Shown piece after piece: positions 35,719-45,918 of a stretch of 64,000 nucleotides of DNA. The notes under the pieces were generated by a model. That model saw only the letters and a list, made by a program, of their open reading frames with translations. It had not been told where the DNA came from and did not search any database. The stretch's first letter is position 1. Each line of letters starts with the position of its first letter. This stretch comes from a phage. The translations under genes were made by a program, and so were the position numbers. The DNA lies in sequence record PZ445454.1. One strand, 5' to 3'.

Positions 35719-37696
35719 AGGTCGTAAATTGAAAGAGGCTGGTCAGTTTGTTGGTCATTGCGCATGTCCACGTTGTGGTTCATCAGATGCTGGTTCAATC
35801 TATCATCATGACGATGATTCTTATTCAATGACTTGCTTTAGTTGTAACAAAGGTTTCCCAGAATGGGATTTTGATAAAGGACAAATCGTGAGCACTTATT
35901 CTACTGGTTCAGACAATAAAAACCGTACTTTCCGTGGAATGGATTTAGACGATGTAAAAGAAAACCTAGAAGCAATGGACTTGAAAGATAGGAAGATTCC
36001 TGCAAAAGTCCTTGAACGCTTAGGTATCAAGGTTGACATTGACAGTGACGGTGAAATTGATGCGCACTTCTATCCAACTTACAAACGTAATGAAGATGGT
36101 AAGCTAGAACATGTTGGCTACCGTGTTCGTCACCGTTACCCAGAAGACCATCCAAAAGAGCACCTACGTGGTAAGCTAAAAGACTTTTCAGGTGGTGTTG
36201 GAGACATTAAAGGTGAACTGGCAATGTTCGGTTCATGGATTGCTCCAGAAGGTGGTAACCGTCTATTCATCTGGGAAGGTGAGATGGAATGTGCGACAGC
36301 AATCTATATGACCTCTCTTGCGATTAAAGACAAGTCTCGTCGTAAGAATTACTGTCATGTATCTGTTCCGTCAGGTGCAAACATCAAGTCTATCAAAGAT
36401 AACTATCAGTACATCACATCATTTGATGAAATCTACTTGTGCTTTGATAACGATGAAGCAGGTGCTAAAGCTACCAAAGAGGCTGCTGGTATCTTACCTA
36501 TTGAGAAGGTTCGTTTATTCCAGTATCCAGAGGGTGTAAAAGACCTTAACGAATGGTGGACAAAGTTCTATAAAGAGAAAGACACAGTTCTGGAAGGATT
36601 TAAGCAGCGTATCTACAACGCACCTCGTTACTGTCCTGCTGGTATCAAGAACTTTGCAGATGGTTTTGAGGCAATGAAGAATCGTGGTCAGATTCCATTG
36701 ATTCCTTTCCCAGAATCTTTCGGGGATTTGAACAGACTGACTTACGGTGGTTATGGTTTGGGTGAGATTACGACTATTGCAGCACCATCTTCAGTAGGTA
36801 AGTCAGCTTACACTCGTGAGATGATTTATTCAGCTTGGAAAGAAACTGATTACAATATCGGTGTAATTCCTGTAGAAGATACTTACGAAGAACTTATGGA
36901 AATGCTCTGTGCAATCCACCTGAGCAAGCAGATTTCTGAGATTCCTTATGACGAACGTGATTGGGATGAATTGAAGGAAGCACACGCAGAACTGTCTAAA
37001 GGCCGTCGTATACATATCGTTGACCATCAAGGGGCAATTGACCAAGATAACCTGCTGGAATTTGTTGACTATCTTGTTAACAGTTTAGATTGCAAGATTA
37101 TCATTCTTGACCCTATTACATTGGCTCTGTCACGTTCCGATACGGATGAAGAGGAAGTTTTGTCTGAGCTATTGCGTCGTTGTAAACGCTACCAGTATGC
37201 ACAGGTAAACGTCTGTCACGTTCGTAAGAGTGCAGGTGGTCAGAAAGCTAACTCTGAAGGTGGAGATATCTCTGAAGAGGATATTAAAGGCTCTGGTGCG
37301 TATTTCCAGATTTCTATGAACAACATTCTGTTAATGCGCAACAAGGTTGACCCAGACCCTGTTAAGAAAAACTTGACAAAAATCAAGTTAACTAAATGTC
37401 GTCGTCACGGTAAGTCAACGGGTATTGCTGGTCATACTTGGTACAATCCAGATACAGGGCGTCTCATTAAAGCATCTGGTTGTGGAGTTGACATTGATGG
37501 TGCAGCAGAAAATATCCGGCAACAGTTTGGTATTGGTGAGGCTGAAGACCATTACGATGACTCTTTGCCACATTATGAGGATGAAGTGTTTGACCGTGAG
37601 ACTGGTGAAGTCTATACTGATGAGCAGCGTCAAAGCTCAACGATTCCACCTGTATTAAGTGAGGATGCAGATGACTGCCCGTTCGAAACTGAGTGA
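35705..37696 (+). CDS. bifunctional DNA primase / DnaB-family replicative helicase
   Basis: N-terminal zinc finger CACPRCGS...CFSCNKG; TOPRIM-like FDNDEAG; helicase Walker A APSSVGKSAYT and Walker B IIILDPIT. Confidence 0.75.
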   Translation: MLMSKGRKLKEAGQFVGHCACPRCGSSDAGSIYHHDDDSYSMTCFSCNKGFPEWDFDKGQIVSTYSTGSDNKNRTFRGMDLDDVKENLEAMDLKDRKIPAKVLERLGIKVDIDSDGEIDAHFYPTYKRNEDGKLEHVGYRVRHRYPEDHPKEHLRGKLKDFSGGVGDIKGELAMFGSWIAPEGGNRLFIWEGEMECATAIYMTSLAIKDKSRRKNYCHVSVPSGANIKSIKDNYQYITSFDEIYLCFDNDEAGAKATKEAAGILPIEKVRLFQYPEGVKDLNEWWTKFYKEKDTVLEGFKQRIYNAPRYCPAGIKNFADGFEAMKNRGQIPLIPFPESFGDLNRLTYGGYGLGEITTIAAPSSVGKSAYTREMIYSAWKETDYNIGVIPVEDTYEELMEMLCAIHLSKQISEIPYDERDWDELKEAHAELSKGRRIHIVDHQGAIDQDNLLEFVDYLVNSLDCKIIILDPITLALSRSDTDEEEVLSELLRRCKRYQYAQVNVCHVRKSAGGQKANSEGGDISEEDIKGSGAYFQISMNNILLMRNKVDPDPVKKNLTKIKLTKCRRHGKSTGIAGHTWYNPDTGRLIKASGCGVDIDGAAENIRQQFGIGEAEDHYDDSLPHYEDEVFDRETGEVYTDEQRQSSTIPPVLSEDADDCPFETE

Positions 37697-37952
37697 TAGC
37701 TATAAAAGAGAGGGGTTCATACCCTTCTTTGAAGAAAAAAGTTTAAATAAATTTCAGGAAGAGTGTTTGACAAAGGTTGATAGGTTCTATAGAATGCTCT
37801 ACATGAAATGTGATGGTGGTGTCGAAGTAGAGAAAAAGTCCTATCACAATACTGTCACAGTCATCATCACTATGCCTGAACATAATATTGGTTGGCTGTT
37901 TGTAATAAAAGAAAATGTGTTTGAATATCAAGTATATCGGAGAATATCATGA
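37659..37952 (+). CDS. hypothetical protein (start uncertain, overlaps primase-helicase end)
   Basis: 97-aa ORF. Confidence 0.3.
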   Translation: MRMQMTARSKLSDSYKREGFIPFFEEKSLNKFQEECLTKVDRFYRMLYMKCDGGVEVEKKSYHNTVTVIITMPEHNIGWLFVIKENVFEYQVYRRIS

Positions 37953-38098
37953 AACACTCTAAAGCATTTGAAAAAGTTTTTGGGGATTCCTTAAAAGCCA
38001 CTGCTGGAAAACCAGCAAAATACTATGAAGAGAAGCGTGTAAGAACTGGAAAAACTGCACGTAAAGCAACTTCTAAAGATAAGCACAACTTCCAGTAA
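37949..38098 (+). CDS. possible small basic protein (49 aa)
   Basis: ATG overlapping previous stop (ATGA), RBS GGAGAA; MKHSKAFEKVFGDSLKATAGKPAKYYEEKRVRTGKTARKATSKDKHNFQ. Confidence 0.35.
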   Translation: MKHSKAFEKVFGDSLKATAGKPAKYYEEKRVRTGKTARKATSKDKHNFQ

Positions 38099-38105
38099 TT
38101 AATGT

Positions 38106-38134
38106 TTGACAATAGAGTATCAACAAATTAGAAT
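38106..38134 (+). promoter_or_regulatory. sigma70-like promoter TTGACA-N17-TAGAAT
   Basis: tgtTTGACAatagagtatcaacaaatTAGAAT about 35 nt upstream of SSB start. Confidence 0.55.
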
Positions 38135-38170
38135 TGGTACTCTTCATAAATTGAGATAGAGGTTTAAATA

Positions 38171-39028
38171 ATGTCTAAAGTTGTTAAAATGAAAGCTCCG
38201 GTAGAGAAGTACAACGGTACTGAACGTCAAACTCTGCGTTACCTTCTGAAAGATGTCTGGTTTTATTACCTGAACACTTCACCACGTCCGGGAAAAGGTA
38301 AGTCCATTGATAAGAAATTCCCAGGCAAAGACTGTAACTACAGCGTTTCAATTCTGGCAGAAGATGGTAACAAGCTGTTTAAAGAGTTTACTAAGTCTAA
38401 GAAAAACCCAGAAGGTTGGGATAAAGTTACTACTGAAGCAGTTGATGCAGATGACTTCGAAGAGAAGTTTGGTTGCAAACCACCATTTGAAGCAGATACT
38501 TACTACATCTTGAAAGTAAGTCGTGCAGCAGCTTATAAAGATGGTGCTGTGTGGACAGCTAAACAGTCATTCCCTGTAATGCTGATTGAAGAAGTAAATG
38601 GTAAGCGTGTAGCTGTTAAACAGCCGATGAAGAAAATCAAAGCTCAAGCATCTGACAAACATGAAGATGATAAGAACTATGATGTAATTCACCCAGATAT
38701 TGCAGTTGGTAACGGTTCTTTTGGTAGTGTGATTCTCTCTACTCACTTCTACACTTTTGAGAATAACGTTCTGACAAAACCTATTCAGGAACAGTTTATC
38801 ATTGATACTCTTGTACCTTACACTGGGGGTAACGGTGCTAACGGTGAACCTGAACTGGATGAAGATGAACTGGCTATGCTTGGTCTTGATGGCGTTGAAG
38901 ATAACGGTGAAATCACTGAAGAAGATGCAACAGACCACAAACCTTCGAATGACTCTGATGATGGTGATGACGAAGACTTGCCGGACCCAGATGACGAAGG
39001 AGAGGAAGACTTCGATACAGAAGACTAA
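38171..39028 (+). CDS. ssb: single-stranded DNA-binding protein
   Basis: 285 aa with extremely acidic C-terminal tail DDGDDEDLPDPDDEGEEDFDTED; own promoter and terminator. Confidence 0.6.
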   Translation: MSKVVKMKAPVEKYNGTERQTLRYLLKDVWFYYLNTSPRPGKGKSIDKKFPGKDCNYSVSILAEDGNKLFKEFTKSKKNPEGWDKVTTEAVDADDFEEKFGCKPPFEADTYYILKVSRAAAYKDGAVWTAKQSFPVMLIEEVNGKRVAVKQPMKKIKAQASDKHEDDKNYDVIHPDIAVGNGSFGSVILSTHFYTFENNVLTKPIQEQFIIDTLVPYTGGNGANGEPELDEDELAMLGLDGVEDNGEITEEDATDHKPSNDSDDGDDEDLPDPDDEGEEDFDTED

Positions 39029-39045
39029 TCTCTAAAAGTTACTTT

Positions 39046-39075
39046 AAAGCCCTGTACTTAGTATGGGGCTTTTTC
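39046..39075 (+). terminator. rho-independent terminator
   Basis: aaagccc ... gggcttt hairpin with TTTTT. Confidence 0.45.
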
Positions 39076-39090
39076 ATATGGAGAGCCATA

Positions 39091-40131
39091 ATGGAGAAGT
39101 ACACATTAACAAAGCTTCCCGATTCAGTTACACATGTCTTTATTGACTCTGACAGCATTGCCTATAAAGGTGCTTGTGTAGTTGAGAAAGCAAAGTATAA
39201 ATACGTTAATAAACTCACAGCAGAAGAATCTGAACCATTTGATAATGCGAAAGATGCTGCAAGATGGTTAGCAGACCAGAGAATCCTTGTGGAAGAGCTT
39301 GGCCTGACATTTGATGAAGATGAATGGGAAAGACAAACTTGGAAAGAAGCTAAGAGTGAAAAAGAAGCTATCATGGCTACTCAACAGGTTCTTCAGGAAT
39401 GGCTTAAGGTTGTTGGTAAAGAAAGAACTTGGGTGGGTTATTTAACAGAGAAAGGTGTGCATAAACATAAAGACATTAAAGGTCTTGAGCACCAATATCA
39501 AGGTAACCGTAAAGATGCTGTCACACCAACACACTTAGTCGCTTGTCGTGAATACCTTTTATCCAGACCAGAGTTCAAGCTCTTAAAGGGAGGCTTCGAA
39601 GCCGATTCAATCGTAATTGCTAAAGCTGAAAAGATGGGTAAGAAGGCTGCTCTTATGAGTATTGACAAAGACCTTCGACAAGCTGAAGGAACTTATTGTA
39701 TTGATATGACTTATGAAAAATCACCACTAATCTTTATTGCTGATAATAATGTTGGTGATATCTGGGATTGTCCTATCAAATCAAAACCAAAAGCTGCAAA
39801 AACAGTTGGTGTAGGTTTTAAATTCTTGTGCTATCAGGCTGTTGCTGGAGATAATGCAGACAACTACTTTGGCCTTAAAGGTGCTGGTAAAGTAGCTGTG
39901 ATGAATGCTTTAGATGGCAAAGAGACATACAAAGAGTGTCTTGATGCTATCTATGAACTCTATGCTAAAAAAGACTCTTACACCTATGTATCATGGGATG
40001 GACAGACAGTTACAAAGACACCGTTAGAGTTAATGGAACAGCATTTCTGGATAGCTTATCAAGAAAGAAATCCAAAAGATAATTTCTCTTTTAAGAAATA
40101 TAATTGGGAGCCACGTATGAATGAAGATTAA
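39091..40131 (+). CDS. 5'-3' exonuclease / RNase H (FEN family)
   Basis: FEN-like acidic clusters HVFIDSDSIAYKG and EADSIVIAKAE...SIDKDL; VAGDNADNYFGLKGAGKV helix-3-turn-helix-like region; polymerase lacks 5' nuclease domain. Confidence 0.5.
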   Translation: MEKYTLTKLPDSVTHVFIDSDSIAYKGACVVEKAKYKYVNKLTAEESEPFDNAKDAARWLADQRILVEELGLTFDEDEWERQTWKEAKSEKEAIMATQQVLQEWLKVVGKERTWVGYLTEKGVHKHKDIKGLEHQYQGNRKDAVTPTHLVACREYLLSRPEFKLLKGGFEADSIVIAKAEKMGKKAALMSIDKDLRQAEGTYCIDMTYEKSPLIFIADNNVGDIWDCPIKSKPKAAKTVGVGFKFLCYQAVAGDNADNYFGLKGAGKVAVMNALDGKETYKECLDAIYELYAKKDSYTYVSWDGQTVTKTPLELMEQHFWIAYQERNPKDNFSFKKYNWEPRMNED

Positions 40132-40618
40132 AGGATTTGGCAATTGCCCCACCTATGGTCATTGGGTATCTTTATGTGGGGAAGTTGACCCCACTAAACA
40201 TTTTGGTTTTGTCTATTTAGTACACTGTAAGAAAACCGGACAATATTATATCGGAAAGAAACAGCTTAATAGTGTGACTAAAAGAAAAGTTGCTGGCAAG
40301 ACTCGGAAGAAGGTAGTCACTAAGGAGAGTGATTGGATGACTTATGAAACTTCTTCTGAGTATATTAAAAAAGATATTGAGAGCTTTGGAAAAGAATTTT
40401 TTGACTTTTACATTATTCAGACCTACTACACGAAAGGTGGCCTAGTTTATGGTGAAGCAAACCTCCAACATAAATTCGATGTAATGACAAAAAGGATTGA
40501 CTCTAAGCTCAGACTCTTCTACAATGCCAATATTGCAGCAATTAAGTTTATCACTAAAGAAACTTATGAAGATGCTGAAAAAAGAATCCATAAGGTAATG
40601 AAAGCAAACTGCGCTTGA
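40121..40618 (+). CDS. GIY-YIG-like nuclease domain protein
   Basis: FGFVYLVHCKKTGQYYIGKK matches GIY-x10-YIG spacing. Confidence 0.4.
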   Translation: MKIKGFGNCPTYGHWVSLCGEVDPTKHFGFVYLVHCKKTGQYYIGKKQLNSVTKRKVAGKTRKKVVTKESDWMTYETSSEYIKKDIESFGKEFFDFYIIQTYYTKGGLVYGEANLQHKFDVMTKRIDSKLRLFYNANIAAIKFITKETYEDAEKRIHKVMKANCA

Positions 40619-40624
40619 TAACTA

Positions 40625-40888
40625 TTGAGAGAGAATAAAATGTTTAATAAAAGCAAAGCTGTGAGTCATGTAGCAAAAGTTGACAGTAAGATTGAAGAAC
40701 TTGAGCGCATTCTTGCAAATGCTAGAGAGTCGATAATTAAAGAAGTTGAAGCTGTTGAATCTCAAATGCAGCACCTAATGCTTAAACGTCAAGAGCTACG
40801 TGAACATCTGGAATATATTGAAACACGAGAGCTAAAGGTTAACAGATATTTTAAGGAGTCCGAATGTTTAACTCAAGAGAATCAGTAA
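40625..40888 (+). CDS. hypothetical coiled-coil protein
   Basis: 87-aa ORF. Confidence 0.4.
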   Translation: MRENKMFNKSKAVSHVAKVDSKIEELERILANARESIIKEVEAVESQMQHLMLKRQELREHLEYIETRELKVNRYFKESECLTQENQ

Positions 40889-41619
40889 AAAACTGGAATC
40901 TTCGTTGCGGAAAAACTCAAAAACAACCATACAGTAATGAGTATTGGGAGTCTTTGAAATCTCAATCTCTGTGTATGCTTGAAGAAGCAAAAGAGCTTGT
41001 AAAAGCAATTGAAGAGAAAGACCCCATTGAGACACTGGATGCTCAGGCAGATTTGCAATATGTTCTTGACGGTTTGATTTATCTGTCACAACATGACCAT
41101 AACGGTGCTATGAAAGCTGTTTGCCATAATAATGACCTGAAGTACACAGATGACTATGAAGAAGCTTTAAAACGTCTTGCAGATGTTGAGAAGCGTACTG
41201 GTCAAGAGTGTATCATCAGAATGTCAGTGGTTGATGGTAAAGAGTGGTATGCGATTGTCCGTGCAGCCGATGGGAAGATTATGAAGCAATCAAATCTCCC
41301 TAAAGTACAGCTTGGTGAATACATTGTAGAGCTTGAAAGCCAAGAACTTTTTGTGGTAGTATCTGAGACATGCGTTATCTGCAAAGGTATTGTAGGTAGC
41401 TTAAAGGATTTGGGTGTAGATGGTTTTGTAGAAGTTAATCCAATTACCTCTAAAGCAGATAAAGATTTCTGTAAAGAGAATGGACTATGGATTGCAGATA
41501 TTGTCTACTATGATGGTGAGCAGTTCCATGTAACCTCATACCCGAAACTGAATTATGATGCTAATAACCTGAAGTGCTGGTTAAAAGGGGTTGGTTATAA
41601 TGGATTCACAGAACATTAA
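40864..41619 (+). CDS. hypothetical protein with possible MazG-like NTP pyrophosphohydrolase N-terminal domain
   Basis: EEAKELVKAIEE...ETLDAQADLQYVLDGL resembles MazG/HisE EExxE...D metal-binding helices. Confidence 0.3.
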   Translation: MFNSRESVKNWNLRCGKTQKQPYSNEYWESLKSQSLCMLEEAKELVKAIEEKDPIETLDAQADLQYVLDGLIYLSQHDHNGAMKAVCHNNDLKYTDDYEEALKRLADVEKRTGQECIIRMSVVDGKEWYAIVRAADGKIMKQSNLPKVQLGEYIVELESQELFVVVSETCVICKGIVGSLKDLGVDGFVEVNPITSKADKDFCKENGLWIADIVYYDGEQFHVTSYPKLNYDANNLKCWLKGVGYNGFTEH

Positions 41620-41923
41620 TAAAGAGGGTGTGGCTCAGAAGAGCCACTTCTCAAACTACAATATTTCTATGACGGTGTTTATGAATGACCCGTTACTAGA
41701 AAAATATGGTGAGACTCCAGATACACTTCTGGACAATGAACAAGTTTTAAAAGCAGTCCTGTACAAATACGGGATTGATATTGAGAAAGAGTATTCCTTT
41801 GAAATCTGCCAACATAGGAATACTTTCGGTAAAGTTGTGATGGCTCCGCTCTTTATGGGTGTAGAAAGGACTGACTATGGTTGGTTGTATCTAAAAAGAA
41901 ACTTGGAGAAATACCGTGTCTAA
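41591..41923 (+). CDS. hypothetical protein
   Basis: 110-aa ORF. Confidence 0.4.
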   Translation: MVIMDSQNINKEGVAQKSHFSNYNISMTVFMNDPLLEKYGETPDTLLDNEQVLKAVLYKYGIDIEKEYSFEICQHRNTFGKVVMAPLFMGVERTDYGWLYLKRNLEKYRV

Positions 41924-42254
41924 AGCAAAAAAGCTATCTTATGATGACATTATCTCAGGTGTTAAGCTAGGTGTTGACAGCATCGGACAAGACGTTAAGC
42001 ACGGAGACACAGTTATGTACTGTGATGACCGAAGAGGTAGAAGTGCAATCTTGTTTGGAAGAGTTGTTTGCAAGATGCGAGGTAATTACGTTGTTGCAGA
42101 CATGGATGTGAACGTTACACAAAAACTTGAAACAATTATGGATGATAATACATCATCATGGTTCTCCCTGAATTGTATGCACACTTCTTCAGTCACAAAG
42201 GTAAGTGATAAGTTTTACGATATGTGGCAGAATGAGCAAATTTTCAAGATTTAA
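41916..42254 (+). CDS. hypothetical protein
   Basis: 112-aa ORF followed by terminator. Confidence 0.4.
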   Translation: MSKAKKLSYDDIISGVKLGVDSIGQDVKHGDTVMYCDDRRGRSAILFGRVVCKMRGNYVVADMDVNVTQKLETIMDDNTSSWFSLNCMHTSSVTKVSDKFYDMWQNEQIFKI

Positions 42255-42260
42255 ACTAGG

Positions 42261-42283
42261 GAGCCTCTTCGGAGGCTCTTTTC
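42261..42283 (+). terminator. rho-independent terminator (UUCG tetraloop)
   Basis: gagcctc-ttcg-gaggctc then TTTTC. Confidence 0.65.
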
Positions 42284-42300
42284 ATCTGTAGGATTCAAAA

Positions 42301-44535
42301 ATGATTAAGACAATTAAAAAATCAAATGGTACAGTAGTAAGCTTTGACCCAGAAAGACTGAATAAGTGGGCATCATGGGCAGATAAACGTGGAATTATCT
42401 GGTCAGAAGTCACTATGGAAGCTATGAAACGTGTTTATGAAGGATGCACCACAAAAGAGATGCACCAAGCCATGATTGATGTTTGTGTTGATAAACAAAC
42501 TCAAGAATACTCAGATATGGCTGGACGGCTACTTTTGGGTATTATCTACAAAGAAGCCTTTGGAGGCTTTACTAAGGTTCCTACACTAGTTACCTTCGTT
42601 AAAAATATGGAGAGAGCAGGACTTTGGGAGAAGATGGACTATTCACAGGAAGAGCTTGAATACCTGCAAGGTTACATCGTACATTCAAAAGATATCTCTT
42701 ACGGTTATGCAGTCTTGAAACAGTTCAGAGACAAGTATGGTATCCGTGATATTAAAACGGGAAGACTTTTTGAGTCACCACAATTTATGTTTATGGGTAT
42801 GGCTATGAAAGCCTTTGAGAAGCAACCAAAGCACCGTAGACTGCAAGATGTTATCAAGCTGTACACTTACCTATCTGACCTGAAGATTAACGCTCCTACA
42901 CCTTATTTAAACGGTTTAAGAGCAACTAAATCAGGCTATGCGTCATGCTGTTTGATTAAGGCAAATGATACTGCTGAATCACTTGGTATTGCTGCAAAGG
43001 TTGCTTATGATATGACTACAAAGCAAGCTGGTATTGGTATGCTGATGGAGACTCGCACTATTGGTGATGGTATCCGTCAAAATACGATTGAGCACATGGG
43101 TAAACTGCCTTATTACAAGCTTGTACGTTCATCTGTAGAGGCAAACAAACAGAAGAGCCGTGGTGGTTCAGCTAATAACTTCTACACTGCTCTAGACCCG
43201 CAGATTGAAGATTTACTGCGTTTGAAGCACCCTACAACGGTTCCTTCTAAACGTATTAATGAGATGGACTACTCATTCGGCACAAACGATTATTTCTGGC
43301 AGTGTGTTCAGTATGATACAGATTGGTTGCTATTCTCTTACAAAGATGCACCAAAACTCTATGACATGTTCTACACAGCATCTGCTGATGAGTTTGCTAT
43401 GGCAGTTGGTCACGCAGTACATTCAGGAGTTAAGCACAGACGAGTCAAGGCTCGTGAAATTGCTAAGCTGTTTATTCAACAGCGTTATGCTACAGGTCGT
43501 GTGTATCCATTCTTCACTAACAATGCAAACACACATACACCATTTAAAGAACCATTGAAGATGTCAAATCTTTGCATGGAAATTGTGTTGCCAGTGTATG
43601 GTTTTGAGAAAGAGACAGACCTTTACAGAGACGATGCTGTGAAAGAGGATGGTGAGGTGGCTCTTTGCTTCCTAGCTAGTTTGGTTGCAGGGAGAATTTC
43701 AGAAGATGAATACGCTGACGTTGCTTATTATGCTCTTGCAATGGTTGACTCCGTTATTGACCTTATGGATTATCCGTATCCGTCGATGCGTAACCATGTT
43801 CAGAAGCGTCGTTCTGTTGGGATTGGCCTTACAAATGTGGCTCATTACCTTGCGAAGAACTACGTGAACTACTCTTCACGAGCAGGTAAAACGAAACTTC
43901 ATGAACTTGCAGAGATGCACTCTTACTATCTGCATGAAGCTTCTCTGAGACTTGCTAAAGAGCGTGGCGTTCCAGAGTACATGAAGTTCACTAAGTATCC
44001 TGAAGGTTGGGTTCCTCCAAAGACAGCTAACAAGAAGATTGATGAAAAGCATGATGCAAAACTACGATATGATTGGGATGACTTAGCACAACGTATCAAA
44101 GAAAATGGTGGAATCCGAAACTCTGTATTAGAAGCTTACATGCCTAATGAGAGTTCTTCACTAGCAACTAATACGACAAATGGCTTGTACCCAATTCGTG
44201 ACTTTATTTTAACTAAAAAGTCTGCAACTGGTAACGTACTGTTTATTGTTCCAGATTATGAAGAGTTGAAGTATGTCTATGAAATTGCTTGGGATATCGA
44301 CACCTTTGACATGATTGACTGTTATGCAATTGTTCAAAAGTTCACTGGTCAAGCTATCTCTTCAGACTTCTATGTTGACTATGCAAAGTCTAAGAAGGTA
44401 TCATTGGCTCAAGCTTTGAAGTACATGATTTATGCCAACTCGGTAGGTATGAAAACCATGTACTACCTTAACAGTCGCATTGGTGTAGGTAAATCTGCAC
44501 TGCAAGATGCTTATTGCGAGGGTTGTGGTGTTTAG
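42301..44535 (+). CDS. nrdA: ribonucleotide reductase class I large subunit
   Basis: 744 aa; N-terminal ATP-cone-like IKTIKKSNGTVVSFDPERL; followed by nrdB and nrdH. Confidence 0.75.
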   Translation: MIKTIKKSNGTVVSFDPERLNKWASWADKRGIIWSEVTMEAMKRVYEGCTTKEMHQAMIDVCVDKQTQEYSDMAGRLLLGIIYKEAFGGFTKVPTLVTFVKNMERAGLWEKMDYSQEELEYLQGYIVHSKDISYGYAVLKQFRDKYGIRDIKTGRLFESPQFMFMGMAMKAFEKQPKHRRLQDVIKLYTYLSDLKINAPTPYLNGLRATKSGYASCCLIKANDTAESLGIAAKVAYDMTTKQAGIGMLMETRTIGDGIRQNTIEHMGKLPYYKLVRSSVEANKQKSRGGSANNFYTALDPQIEDLLRLKHPTTVPSKRINEMDYSFGTNDYFWQCVQYDTDWLLFSYKDAPKLYDMFYTASADEFAMAVGHAVHSGVKHRRVKAREIAKLFIQQRYATGRVYPFFTNNANTHTPFKEPLKMSNLCMEIVLPVYGFEKETDLYRDDAVKEDGEVALCFLASLVAGRISEDEYADVAYYALAMVDSVIDLMDYPYPSMRNHVQKRRSVGIGLTNVAHYLAKNYVNYSSRAGKTKLHELAEMHSYYLHEASLRLAKERGVPEYMKFTKYPEGWVPPKTANKKIDEKHDAKLRYDWDDLAQRIKENGGIRNSVLEAYMPNESSSLATNTTNGLYPIRDFILTKKSATGNVLFIVPDYEELKYVYEIAWDIDTFDMIDCYAIVQKFTGQAISSDFYVDYAKSKKVSLAQALKYMIYANSVGMKTMYYLNSRIGVGKSALQDAYCEGCGV

Positions 44536-44590
44536 TTTTAACAACTATGAGGGTCGTAAAAGACCCTCTAAAAATAGCTTTGGAGAGACC

Positions 44591-44848
44591 ATGAAAGATT
44601 TAATAGAAAAACATGAGCGACCAATATACTTGCTCTACAAACCCCGCAAAACATTGTACTATGTGAGCAGCACAGGTATCATGATAAAGCAGAATGATGA
44701 CTTATGGGTCACTGGAGCCTCTTACATCTCTACAGCAGATGGTAAAATCTACGCAAGACCTTATGAGATGTTTAACAAAGAAAATTGGGAAGTTTTAGAC
44801 AGAAAACAAGCCTTAGAAATGATAAAGAAAGGAGAAATCACGCTATGA
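44591..44848 (+). CDS. hypothetical small protein between nrdA and nrdB
   Basis: 85 aa from internal ATG with RBS GGAGAG; stop overlaps nrdB start (ATGA). Confidence 0.4.
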   Translation: MKDLIEKHERPIYLLYKPRKTLYYVSSTGIMIKQNDDLWVTGASYISTADGKIYARPYEMFNKENWEVLDRKQALEMIKKGEITL

Positions 44849-45918
44849 TTAACCAGCACCCAATCTTTTTAGGTGGTGAGAGAAAGACGTTTGACTCTCT
44901 TAATAAACACTACCCAAAAATCTTTGAACTTTATAAACAACAAAAGGCACAAGACTGGTCAGAAGATGAGTTCCCTTTTGAACAATCACGTCTTGATTTT
45001 GAGAGTGTTCCAGCATCAATGTCAGGTGTAATGCTTGAGATTCTTAAGTGGCAGTGGGAAGCAGATACTCAAGTCGCTAAAAGTTTAGCGTTTGCCTTTG
45101 CACCATTCATCTCTGATGACATCTATGCGACTGCAATTATGAAGCAGTCTGAGATTGAAAACCTACATGCTCTTACTTACTCAGAGATTGTAAGGCAATG
45201 TATTAAAAACCCTGAAACAATCTTAGATGAGATTAACCAGAATGTTGCTGTACAAGACCGATTAAAAACTGTGAATCGTGTTCTTGAAGAATTACTGGAT
45301 GAAGGTATAAACTATCGCCTGAGTTATGTGCGTGACTCACTTCTGGACAAAGACCCTTTACACTTCCATAAAGTGATTCTGAAAGGGCTGTTTGCAGTGA
45401 CTGCACTTGAAGGTATATCTTTTATGGCATCCTTTGCATGTACTTTTGCACTTGATGCTCAAGATAAATTTCAGGGTATTGCTCAAGCTGTCCAGAAAAT
45501 TATGCTTGATGAAATCCTTCACACTAAAATTGATATTGAAGTTTTAAAAGAAACTTTAAGAGATGATGAGTGGCAGAAAGCTTTTCAACAAATTCTTCCA
45601 GAGATTAAAGTAATCTTAGATGAAGTAGTTGAAAGTGAAGAGAAATGGTCGTATTATATCTTCTCCGAAGGACGTGCTGTAGTTGGCTTAAATACAAAGC
45701 TTCTTCATGAGTGGGTTTACTATAATGCTGCCCCACTGTATGATATGTTTGGCATTCCCAGAGATTTTGTAGCTCCTAAAGAACCACCTTTGAAGTACAT
45801 GATTAAGAAGATGGAAATTGATAAAGAGCAGAATGCTAATCAGGAGCAACAGAACGGTGCGTACCTATTGAATACTGTTGTAGATGATTTGAATAGTGGA
45901 TTTTTAGAGGTTCCTTAA
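44845..45918 (+). CDS. nrdB: ribonucleotide reductase class I small subunit
   Basis: start at MINQHP with RBS AAAGGAG; ferritin-like iron-ligand motifs (e.g. LDEILHT); track ORF extends to 44785. Confidence 0.7.
   Translation: MINQHPIFLGGERKTFDSLNKHYPKIFELYKQQKAQDWSEDEFPFEQSRLDFESVPASMSGVMLEILKWQWEADTQVAKSLAFAFAPFISDDIYATAIMKQSEIENLHALTYSEIVRQCIKNPETILDEINQNVAVQDRLKTVNRVLEELLDEGINYRLSYVRDSLLDKDPLHFHKVILKGLFAVTALEGISFMASFACTFALDAQDKFQGIAQAVQKIMLDEILHTKIDIEVLKETLRDDEWQKAFQQILPEIKVILDEVVESEEKWSYYIFSEGRAVVGLNTKLLHEWVYYNAAPLYDMFGIPRDFVAPKEPPLKYMIKKMEIDKEQNANQEQQNGAYLLNTVVDDLNSGFLEVP

Noticed and set aside
42301-45918. Inteins within the RNR or DNA polymerase genes
   Set aside because: Protein lengths (744, 357 and 909 aa) are in the normal range and no extra block with Hint-like C...HN termini interrupts the conserved motifs.
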